A DNA stretch of 64,000 bases, from the NCBI GenBank assembly GCA_003971905.1, contig RSEE01000028.1, positions 496,001 through 560,000 of the forward strand, given 5' to 3'. Shown here piece by piece: positions 24,310 through 34,708 of this stretch; the stretch's first letter is position 1; every line of letters starts with the position of its first letter. Both the position numbers and the translations under genes were made by a program. The DNA comes from Moniliella sp. 'wahieum'. Lineage: Eukaryota. Below the pieces are notes generated by a model, which was not told the origin of the DNA, searched no databases, and saw only the letters and a list, made by a program, of their open reading frames with translations.

Positions 24310-27300
24310 ATGGGGCTTCTCCGCCGCCCCTCCCAATCCAAGGCCTCTGCCCCTCCCGCCCTCCCCCATCCGCCGCCCGCTGTGGAGCAGGTCAGCCGGC
24401 TCCCAGAGACGGTGGAGGAGGAGGACGATGCTCCACCCATGCTGCGCTACTCTATCGTCGGATTCGACCTCGCCGACGCTCTCCAAGCATTTGATGTCGA
24501 TCCCACCCCTGACCCGCAGCCCGAGCCCCAGTCCAGGCTACCGTCTCAACCTCAACCTCAGTCCCTGTTGTCCCAACCTCTTTTCCAATCCGTCGGTTCC
24601 TTGCCGTCAAATCCGTCCAGCCAGCGTTTGCACCCTGCTGTGCCTTCCCCTCAGCCACAAACGCAGCCCCCGGCACAGCAGCAGCCCTCCGCTCCGCTCC
24701 AATTCCATCCGGGAGAGCTTGTCACCCTGCTCCTGCTGCCTCCCCCGCCCCCCACATGGGGCGGCTGGGCGGCCCGCCTACCTTAGTGTCTATGCCCAAG
24801 AGCCCAAGCTACCCTGTTCTTCCCAAAAGTGTCAGCCACAACGCCGTGCACATGGCTCGGGTCAACCCCTCCCCAGCCCACCTTCCATCCATTGCGTCAC
24901 AGCCGGTGCTTTCCCCTGCTATGGTGCCCATGCCTGCGCTGGCTTCGGCAAATGCTACCGTTTCTCCCAACACGCCCTCCGGCCAGCAAGCATTTTTGCG
25001 CATTCTCCCCAAGAGACCAAGTCCAAGGCGTCCACCTCCACCCACTCACTCTCCGGCTTTCCACGCACGTCGCATACCGGTTCGGCCCCGCCTATGTCTC
25101 CCCAGACGGCGGCCGTCAACGCTGGCTCGGGTCGCTACCTCTCCCACTCCCAAAGCAGTCTACCCATCCGGACAACGTTCCTAAGCGCTCGGGTAGCCGC
25201 CTGATAAAACTTTTAGTCGGCGGCGCAAGGAAAAGCCAGCCCCCATCGTTCCCGGCTCCGCCCCCGTGTCATCCCCTGTTGGTACTCCCATTTCCCCTAT
25301 TCGGGATGGTGGTCCGTCCTCCGATGCGTTTTCACCCCCCGCGAGCGCACAGGTTAGCGCTGTAAACCTTTCCTCTCCCCGCTCGCCACTCAACCGAGCC
25401 TACCCCCCCGTCTCGGCGTCCGCACGCGCGTCGCAAGCGCACCAAATGCGCCAGAGCACGGAGTCCTTCTCCTCCGCCATGAGTTCAGGAAAAGATGCCT
25501 CGTACTCGGCGGCGGACATGTATGCGACACCCCTGCCCGGTGCTCAGGCCGCGGCGCATCCTCAGTCTGCCCCACTCGTTCTGCCCGTCACCAAGGACCC
25601 TGTTTCTCCCCTCGCCCCATCCGCATCGGCTACCGCAACCGTTACCTCCCCCTTGAATACGGGGAGCGTATCCCCGCTGTCGAACCCGACGCGTAGCAGC
25701 TCGCTTGCGTCGGCCATTAGCATCGACTCCTCTGCTCACGACGAGGGACGGGAAGGCGTGCAAGGGACCAAAGCGTCCTCTGACGCGACCGAAGCTTCGG
25801 AGCGCCTCGATGTACCGCAGGAGGAGTCAGAAGAGGAGGAAGAGGAGGAGAAAGAGGAGGAGGTGCCCGAACCGCCTCCTCGTCCGCCCACTCCCATTCC
25901 AGAGGTGGACCCGGCGATCCAGCGCTTGGGCAAAGCGGCGCCCACTCTCTCCCATACCATTCTTCGCTACGCACGGAGCAACACGGGCTTGTATCTTCCC
26001 TGCTACCGATGGCGACGAGTCCTTTTCCACCGCGGAGTCATCCACTCCATCGCCCTTTGCAGCAGCGAGCAGCCGTCGCCCGCAGCGGCAGCGCGAAAAA
26101 CGTACATACACCCGTGGCTTGGCCGCCGTTTTCTCGGCTGCCACTCCAGTCCTCTTGGCCACGCTGCTGCACTACCTCGAGATTGATGATGTAGTGGAGC
26201 TAGGCATGACGTGCCGTTCTATCCGGGACACCTTCTCCTCTGCTCTGGGTGCGGAGCTGGTGCTACACCGCTTCCTTGCCCCGATTGGGTACCAAACCTG
26301 GGCTGGGCAGTTGGCTGTGCTGGATGCAACAGCGGTCGATGGACCAGGAAGCGTAGCGCTCCTGCCACGGCAAGGGGAAGAGCCAGTGGAGCTGACGGCG
26401 CTGGATGTGATGAACTATGCTTTGGCGAACCAAGTGCGATACGATTACTTGCCGCTGGCTGCGGCGGTGAAGAGGGGTGGTGTAGACCGCCGTTGGCCCC
26501 GCTTTGCACGTGTACTACCCCGCGCGCACAACCGCGTACTGGCTCGCCTCCGTGCTCAGCCGAACTACGACCCTACCCCACGCGAGGGGGCACGCGCACG
26601 GGTGTTGGATGAGGTGCAGGGCACCACCTTGGGCCCGCTCTTGCCCATCCTACGCCATGGTCCCCTGGAGAACCATGCGGCGCCACCCCACTTGGACGTC
26701 TTGTCGGAACGCTCAGTCTGGGCATGGCAACAGCTCGGATTCTCGCGTCGCCAGGCTGTGCGCAAGGCACAGGCCGAACCCGCACTGACGGTGCGTGTGC
26801 CCTGGCGGCCTGGGCGGGCGCCTGTGTGGCGCGTCTGGGTGCCAGTCGCCAACTCAGGAGGCTGGTTGGAAGACGAAGACTTGGCGTTGGCCGAGGGAGA
26901 GCTGTCCCGTTCCGGCGTCCGAGCGCACGCCAAGGCGGACCACTTGATGGTCGAAGGCGATGTGGTCTGGGATATGGCTGTTGGGACCGAGCGCAACGAA
27001 GGCAAATTCATCTACGACGGCACCTTTATCCGGTATGTTCTTTCCCTTGCTTGGAACATCCTGGACGTATGTGCGCAGCGCAGAATACTGATGTGTATGA
27101 GAACAGCGATTTGTCCTTTACCTACGATCTCTGGGGCCACCTGCCCTCATGGCTCAATGCTATGACCCTGCCCCCGGGTGGTACCACAACGTAATCCACC
27201 CTTCGACGTCCTTGCGTCCGGTCGTGTTCCTCGACTTGCTACCGTTCCGAGACGAGTTGATGAGTAGCCTGCACCTATCGCAGTCGCTATTGCAGGGCCC

Positions 27301-27718
27301 ACGCTACGCCTTGCACAAGTGGATGGCGCATGCACGGGCTTCTGTGCCGCCTCCCAAACCGGAAAAGGAGCCAGTCAAGGGGACACCAGCTGCTCACATT
27401 GCCCAAGTGGTCGCCTCCCTAGACTCGGGTTGGAATGGGGAACTGCAGATCGAGCTGGAAGGCACTGCGGAGGCCTTGCACGACTTGATCGTGCGCTGTG
27501 CGGGACCTCATGCTTCCTCGTCCCAAACCCGTTCAATTTTGGCGGCTGTGCTGGACCCGCGGGCGGATGTGGCGGCGCGAAAGTTACCCCCGCTTCGCCA
27601 ACAGTTCCTCTCCCCGGATCCTACCAAGTTCTCCTTCCCCTTCCACGTGCTGCGAGAAAAATGCTCGCCTGGAAAAATCGTGCTCCATCCACTCGCTGTA
27701 CAGGGGGGGCAGCGGTAG
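24310..27718 (+). CDS. Conserved fungal hypothetical protein; Pro/Ser-rich N-terminus, F-box-like segment and a folded-looking C-terminal domain
   Basis: gccaccATGG at 24310. LLHYLEIDDVVELGMTCRSIR (F-box-like), GDVVWDMAVGTERNEGKFIYDGTFIR|DLSFTYDLWGHLPSWLN..WYHNVI..VFLDLLPF. Intron near 27033-27107. Confidence 0.7.
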
Positions 27719-29846
27719 ATTGTCTCCCCCACCGCCATCGCCACCGCCACCGCTACTTCTCTCATCTCCGCCTCTGCCTCAACTGACTCGTTACTGGTTA
27801 CCCACTCCGATTATCCCGATAAAAGAAACCCCGGCAAGGTACCCATCACAGCCGTGATTGAAGGTTGTTTACTACCCTTCTCAAGGGGGCCCACACAGCA
27901 GGGACTTTGTCCTTGCTCTGGGCCCCCTCCCTCTCGCTACTCTTGTCCCTTGTGCAACGACCAACTGCTTTTTGGATTGCTTCGATACTACCCCTGCTTC
28001 TTCTTCTTCTTCGTTTCTCCCCGGCCCGGAGCCCGATGGGGATACCCCTTACCAATATCCCATACCTGTTTACCCTGGCCATCTTCTTTTCCGTTTCGTT
28101 CTCGCTACCCCTCGTCTGTGATCGTGATCGTTCTGAATTCTGTCCAAGACCACCACCTTTTTCCTTGCTCACCTTGCTTGTCCTCTTGTGGTCGTTAACT
28201 TGTCCCTCGTCTTCTCCGTCTCCGTGTTCCATCTTCCTTCGTGTCTCGTTCTTGCCCGTCCTCCCCCGCCCCCCACCCCCCGAGCCTTAGGCCTTACCCC
28301 AAATCGGATTCGGCCTCCTTGCTGAGGCGCGGAGGGCGGACTAGCTTCTCTGGTTCTCTGATGTCTTCGAATTGAGTAAAATCAACGTTGAAATGTTCTT
28401 CTGCCTGATTTCATCCCTTGTGGGACCCACCATCATCCTCTCGCACTCTTATCGTGTCTCTTTCGTACGCGGGCAACCACCAGCCTCTTGCGGAGACTGT
28501 TGTCTATACCGCAGTATGCTTCACTGCTTCCTATATGTTGTGGATGGGTTAGGATTATGGACGCTTGTGCATGATACTCCAACCTCGGGTAAAGTCAAGA
28601 TCCTATACGTCTGATGGGAAGAGCGGGCCTGGGCCTGGATATGTTATTGGAGGTGTTAAAAGACAAATGGAACTGCCGCAGCCCATTATATTGGTTCCGC
28701 CGTCCACACCGTCCGAGTTAACCTACGGCTGTGCATGGGCTGCTGGGGGGTTGACGGATGGGTATAGTTCCGGTCACGACGGTTACTAGCAGTCACTTTG
28801 GAGTGAATATTGAATGCTGTTCGCCACGTGGCTCCAACTGACGCAGCAGTAGCTTATTCTTCGAGGCTGACCTCTCGCCACATTGCTCGTGGCCTCAACG
28901 TAACACTGAGGGACATAAGATGTGAGAGCCATCCATCCATCAACGACTGGTTCAACTTGCTATGCGCCTACCACCGATCCTGGCCTTGTCGCCGTGTCTG
29001 CTGGGCGCTCCGCTACCGCCTGCATTCGTGCAAGCGGACAATACACCTCTACTTCAGGTGGCTACTATTGTACGCCTCCCAGAACGAGTTCCAAGTCGTT
29101 CCCAATAATATGGTGAGCCGAAGCGAGTGAAGTTTCCTATCAGCCGACCGCCCGGCACCGAGCGCACGTACTCAGCTTTGTTTGGTGGTGATCACGCGCG
29201 CCTTCCTCAACATACGGCCCAAGGTAGATGGCCAAATTGGTCGTGTGCTGCGCAAGTTGGGGACGTACACATTCACCACGCCCCTTTGGGTGGGTGTGGG
29301 AGCCCTAAGGCCTATATAAGCCAAAAGACAGTCCGCGAGAGCTGTGTGTGGTATCAATGCTGGGCGTTCCAGATCCCCTCGATGTTTCCTCTTATTAGTA
29401 TTTGGTTGGTTCATCACCATCATTGGTCAGTGCGAACATGCGTGCCCCGACCGGAGCACACCGACAGCTTGTGAAACGGCTCTTGGTGAGGAGCGCCCCG
29501 TGGATATATAGTAGGTCTGCTTTTAAATATGCCTCGAAGAAGGAGGCGCAGAGAACCAGATTCATTGAAAGGAACAAAAGCGGAATTGGAGGCGGCTGTC
29601 GTTCCGCTGGCCTCCCTAGCTTGGCTAAGCGCTAAGCCTTAGCGCCCAATGTGGCGGGATTGCTCGTCTGCGTTTCGACTTCCCACCCCTGTCGCCTGAA
29701 TACCTCGTAGTGACTCTCCCTGTAAGCCTTTGTTGCCCTGCCCTTGGCTGGCTCTGCTCTTGAAGGATGCCTCGGGGCTGGTAAGGCATGCGCGTCCTGA
29801 CTCGGTGTGGTGTGATTGTGTTGTGTCGATTCCCGTTTTCCTTCAG

Positions 29847-30401
29847 ATGGTGGCTAAAATCTACGTCGGCAACCTCAGCTGGGACACGACCGACGATGGT
29901 CTCGCCCACGCCTTTGCCCCGTTTGCGACCCAAGGCGAACTGCTGGACTACATTGTGATGAAGGATCGTGTGAAACTGGCCGCTCGCGCGGCTTTGGCTT
30001 TGTTACCTACTCGACCCAGGAGGAGGCTGACGCGGCCATGCAGACGCTCAATGAGACCCAGCTCGACGGTCGTACAATCCGCGTCAACATGGCCAACTCG
30101 CGCCCGCGCGACCAACCGCCCTCGTTCGGTTACGGTGGAGGATATGGCAGCCCTTATCAGGCACCCGCGCTTCAGGGCTTCAACGGCTACCAACAGGGCT
30201 TTGCCGACTTGTCTTATGGTCAGGTTCCCTATGCTTCTCAGCCTACGGCCTTTGCCCAACCCTACCCGCAGGGCTTCCAGTACCCCCCCCCCAATCAGGG
30301 GGGTTTGCCGGACAGTATGGGTATGTGTGCTCGATCGGTCGCTAGTAAAAGGGTAAACAGATACTGACGGTTTGACAAGCAACTACCCGACTAACATGTA
30401 A
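29847..30401 (+). CDS. Single-RRM glycine/tyrosine-rich RNA-binding protein (GRP/CIRBP-like)
   Basis: MVAKIYVGNLSWDTTDD (RNP2), MKDRETGRSRGFGFVTY (RNP1, across an indel), LDGRTIRVNMA and a G/Y/Q-rich tail. ATG directly follows a 5'-UTR intron acceptor; 3' intron about 30321-30379. Confidence 0.9.
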
Positions 30402-30713
30402 TCGATGATGGTTCGCTTGCCCTGTCCTATCGTATCATCGTATGCGCCCTGGTCGTGTCAAGTGCCATTTCTTGCATTATTTGACGTTATCAACGTGCAA
30501 CCATCGTTTCCTATGGCCACGCGGTCTTTGAACGGTAAGTGACTACCAAGTCTCTCTGTCTCACCTATCCATACAGAGTAAACCATGAGCAGATTCATGG
30601 GCATAGCCAGGGCAGCAGAGCTGTCCGTTTTGTGTGACCATCAGAGAGGGAGGACATAGGAGGAGTACCCCACTTGAAAGGGAGAGCGCTCACGACCAGG
30701 AGGATGCCCAAGC

Positions 30714-31642
30714 TTAAAGGACAGAGAAGATGCGGATCTCGTTGTCCGAGTAGCCGGCGAAGAGAGTCTGACCGTCGGCCGACCAGGCAAGCGAGAGCGC
30801 CTCGGGGGCCTTGCCGTTGCCCTCAATCTCGGGCACCAGGGTTGTCGACAATGGACTGCGACTCAAGGTCAAAGATCTTGATGCAGGACGAGGTGGCAGC
30901 GCAGAGCCAGTAGCGGTTGGGCGAGAAGACGAGGGCGTTGACATTGTCGCCAGCCTCGAGGGAGTACAGGTGCTTGTCCACGGACAGCTCCCAGAGCATG
31001 ACAGTGCCCTCCTTGCCGCCCGAAGCGCACAGCGAGCCATCGGGAGAGATGGGACCGTGTTAACGTAGCCCGAGTGGCCAAAGTGGTTGGCCTTGAGACG
31101 CATCTGCGACAGGTCCCACACCTTCACAGCCTTGTCCCAGCCGCCCGAGACAATGATGGGGGTTTGCGGGTTGGGAGAGAACTTGACGGTGCTCACCCAC
31201 TCGGTGTGGCCGTGGTCGGTGAGGTTGAACTTGCACTCACCCAGAGTGTTCCACAGCTTGATCGTCTTGTCGCGCGAAGCGGACACGATCTGGCGGTTGT
31301 CAGCCGAGAAGGAGACAGAGAGAACATCGGCCTGGTGACCAACAAAGCGGTGCACAGTGTTGCCCGTGTTCAGGTCCCACAGGCGCAGGGTCTTGTCCCA
31401 CGACGACAGAGCAAACTGGCCGTCGGAAGAGAGGACAACATCCGACACAAAGTGGTTGTGGCCGTGGAGGATCTTCTTGGGGTATCCGAGATCGTCCTCA
31501 CCACGCTTGAGGTTCCAGACAATCACGTGCTTGTCCCGCGACGACGAGACGAGCAGGTCAGGGTTCTCGCGTCGGGTAGCGAGGCCGGTGACCAGCCCTG
31601 GTGCCCAGTGAGGCTGCCCTTGAATTGCAGCGACTCGCTCAT
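30714..31642 (-). CDS. CPC2: RACK1 / G-beta-like WD40 ribosomal protein
   Basis: [92 protein letters not shown]. Intronless CDS; 5'-UTR intron about 31734-31655. Confidence 0.97.
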
Positions 31643-31809
31643 GTTGAGTTGCTGCTGGCGCAAAAGGAATGATAAGGTGATAGGTCAGTGTCAAGGGATG
31701 CGGCAACAGCAGCAACCACAGTAGGGATACTCACAAGGTCGGTTGGGGGTGGAAGATCTCTGGCGGCGCCAACGACGACGAGCCTCACTGGAAAGCCACG
31801 AGGATTTGG

Positions 31810-31880
31810 CGACAGGGTTACCCGCAGCATACATTTAATAGGGTTCCGCAATAAATCGACAGCGCAATTATAAACCCTAA
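31810..31880. promoter_or_regulatory. Telobox-like (AAACCCTAA / AGGGTT) elements upstream of RACK1
   Basis: taaaccctaa at 31871-31880, tagggtt near 31838 and agggtt near 31815, all just upstream of a ribosomal protein gene. Confidence 0.45.
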
Positions 31881-31918
31881 CGTACTGGTGGAGAATATGA
31901 GGATGCTCTTTACCATAA

Positions 31919-31999
31919 GGGTTCGTGGTGTAGTGGTATCATGCCTCTTTAGGGTTTCATGACTCGTAGAGGTGGTCCTCGGTTCTCCGGGCGGACCCC
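31919..31999 (+). tRNA. tRNA-Pro(AGG) with about 12-nt intron
   Basis: Acceptor stem GGGTTCG/CGGACCC, A-box TGGTGTAGTGG, anticodon arm CCTCT-TT-AGG-G[intron]T-AGAGG, followed by a TTTTT Pol III terminator. The T-loop lacks about 3 nt (GGTTC-TCC), probably an assembly deletion. Confidence 0.85.
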
Positions 32000-32184
32000 T
32001 TTTTGGCCTCGTCTGTTTCCCTGGTGTTGCGAAGGCGTTGGTCTATCCTGTTGCCGGTTGCAATCGGGCTGGGCGGAATAAGCCAGCTGGCACTTTCGTC
32101 AATATTTTTCCTGCCCTCATTACCTAGTTGGCCTGCGGTTCACACCCTCTCCTGCAGGTTCTCTTATCCCCTCGGTTCCATATA

Positions 32185-33800
32185 ATGGTCAAGCTCAAGC
32201 CCACACCTTCCAAGCGCCAGTCCACCAAGCAGCGCGTTAAGATCAAGAAGCGCGTTGCTGAACACCACCGCAAGGCCCGGCGCGACGCTAAGAAAAACCC
32301 GCAGTGGACCAGCCGCATCAAGAAAGACCCAGGCATCCCCAACTCGTATCCGTTCAAAGAACAATTACTCGAAGAGATCCGCCAAAAGCGCGTAGCTGAG
32401 GAGGCAGCTAAGCTCGAGGCCAAGGAGCGTGCCAGGGAAGAGCGTGCACGCAAGGGTGCCACTGCCGCCGAGGAGAGCGAGGATGAAGTGGACGTGAGTT
32501 TGTGGATGCTGCACAGGCTCTTTACTCCAGGCTCCTGTGTACCGTTCCACTCTTAAGAGCTGCTCGATGACGACGAAGTAGGCACAATTTTGGTTGCAAT
32601 CGATGCGCGTGACCCCCTGTCGTGGGTCACACCGTCGTTGCAACAGAGCACTCAGGCCAAAGGCAACATTTTGCCTATGTCATGCACGCACGGATCTCGT
32701 GCCGCGCGAGGTGGTTAATGCGTGGACCACGTCCTCCATACCCGTTTCTCGACACGAGTATTCCCCGTCTCTCGGCGAGCAGCCTTTGGGTCTGCGCCTA
32801 TCCTGGAGCAGGTACGACTTGGGGGGGCAAAGATGGGAGCCACATTGCAATCTGTGGCATGGAAAATGCCGGCCGTTCCGCTTTAGCTTCTGCTCTGGGC
32901 ATGCTGGCTCAAGCCAGGGAGGGTGCACCTGTCACGGTCTATGACACGGCTCATCTCATCTTGGCCGAGGACCCAGGGAAGGATGATGAGGCGGCGATGC
33001 TACGCACTTGTACGCAACAAGGGCCCCATGCAAAAGTCCAGGACGATCGAACCTCTTGCGCGGGCCCTTATCACCCGCATCGCTCGTCTTAGACTGCAGC
33101 TTCTTTACCGGCTCCCCGCTTTTGCTGCCAATGCCGAGACACGCTCGGGTGCAGATCTCACCGAGTCCGAGTTCGACGAGCTTTGTGTTCATCTCGCTCG
33201 TTCCATTGGCCTAATCTCGCGCCGTGGCGCGCCATCACTCACCCCCATCATGCGCAAACTCGTCTTCGATTGGTGTCACGACAAGATGATGTACTACGCT
33301 ATGCCACCACTTTCTAGGTCCGAAGCCAGTGCCCAGGCATCGACTTTAGGCGATCAACTGCCCACCACCGTGGCTGGGTTGGACCAGACTGTTCTCCCTC
33401 TTTCCCAGTGGAGGGAGCAGTATGCATCCCGCCAGCTTCGTCTGCTCCCAGGCCCCGTGGACCCACGTACCCATGAATGGGAGTACATGTTCTTTGTCCC
33501 GCCTTCGGAGCGACCTGCAAGGAGGGCAAGAAGGCTGTCAAGTTTGCCGACCCAGATGGGTCGGATGAGGAGGAGGAGGCGGAGCTGACCGATGGCGAGT
33601 CGGATGGGTGGGAAGAGGTGGATCCTGAAAGCGAATCTGAAGAGGAGGTTGAGCAGGAGATCCTGGAAGAGCCTGCTGCCCCAGCAAAGAAAACCAGGGG
33701 CAAAGGCAACAAGCGCAAGGCTGAATCCGAGGAGGAACCCCCTCAGAAAAGGCCCCCAGTACAACCAGGGGACAAGTACAACTTCTTGGCTCACTTCTGA
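32185..33800 (+). CDS. NUG1: Nug1/GNL3/Grn1-like 60S biogenesis protein with degenerate circularly permuted GTPase domain
   Basis: N-terminal GN3L_Grn1 motif KIKKRVAEHHRKARRDAKKNPQW..KKDPGIPNSYPFKEQLLEEI, then DARDP, DLVPREVVNAW, DW..KMMYY..PP and the end YNFLAHF*. Intron about 32494-32530. Confidence 0.85.
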
Positions 33801-34708
33801 TCCAACATTGTTCTTGCGTCCCATGCATTCTTGCTGCAATATCGATGACGACTCGTTAGTGATATTGTCGCCCCATGACCGATTGGATTCATTGCTGACT
33901 TGGAGGGGTGCCCCGTTCCAAATGGCCAGGAATCGCACTATGGAGTAAGTAGGCAGTGCATTGTTGTCATCGGCGTCTTTTCGGACAGCGCTTTCTTATG
34001 TCGATGGAGATAAAATGCCTGCAAAGCTCTATCGTAACAGCCTCAACTCGTTTTTGGCTACCTCTGTAACGTGTTTTCACTTGGTAGAAGAGCATCGAAG
34101 TAGTGCAGCGGATCGGGTGGGGAATAGGGAAAACCTTGGGTACTAAGTGTAGTTGATGACAACTGCTTTTCAGGGCAATTGCGAGTCACAAGCAAGCGCT
34201 AGGTCAGACGCGTAACATCAGTGTGCTTGGTTGCGTGTGCCTGGTGCAGCCGGGACAATTGCCACCAAAGTTGTGAGTTCTGTGAGTTGCGTGGCGTGGA
34301 TGATCATGTCGATCATGTCAGGGCCAGAGTAGAGAAGACGGAGAACAGCACGACTAGTAGGCAGTTGTCCCCGTCAAGACCCCCAGCGCAGTGCGTCAAA
34401 TTAACGTTCCTCAGCCGACTGGAAGTGTCCCCCCAGCATCCCCCCGGCAGAGGAGGGGAGGTGGATTTAAGGGGCTGCTGCCGGCGAGTGAAGGCGGCAA
34501 CAGCGACCCGGGGGGGAGCGCGGAGAGCTGGCCCTGAAACAGGCGTGCTGTCTGCGGCGCAATAGCGTGGCTCGCTTAACAGGAGTGGAGCCCGTCTCAA
34601 ATTTGCGCGCAGCTGGCTGGATTCGATTGGAATTACGCCGGAATCAAACCGGGTTGCGCTCCTCCGCCCCCCACCTTCTCCCGCAGCCTGCTCCCACTGG
34701 ATGCGCCC

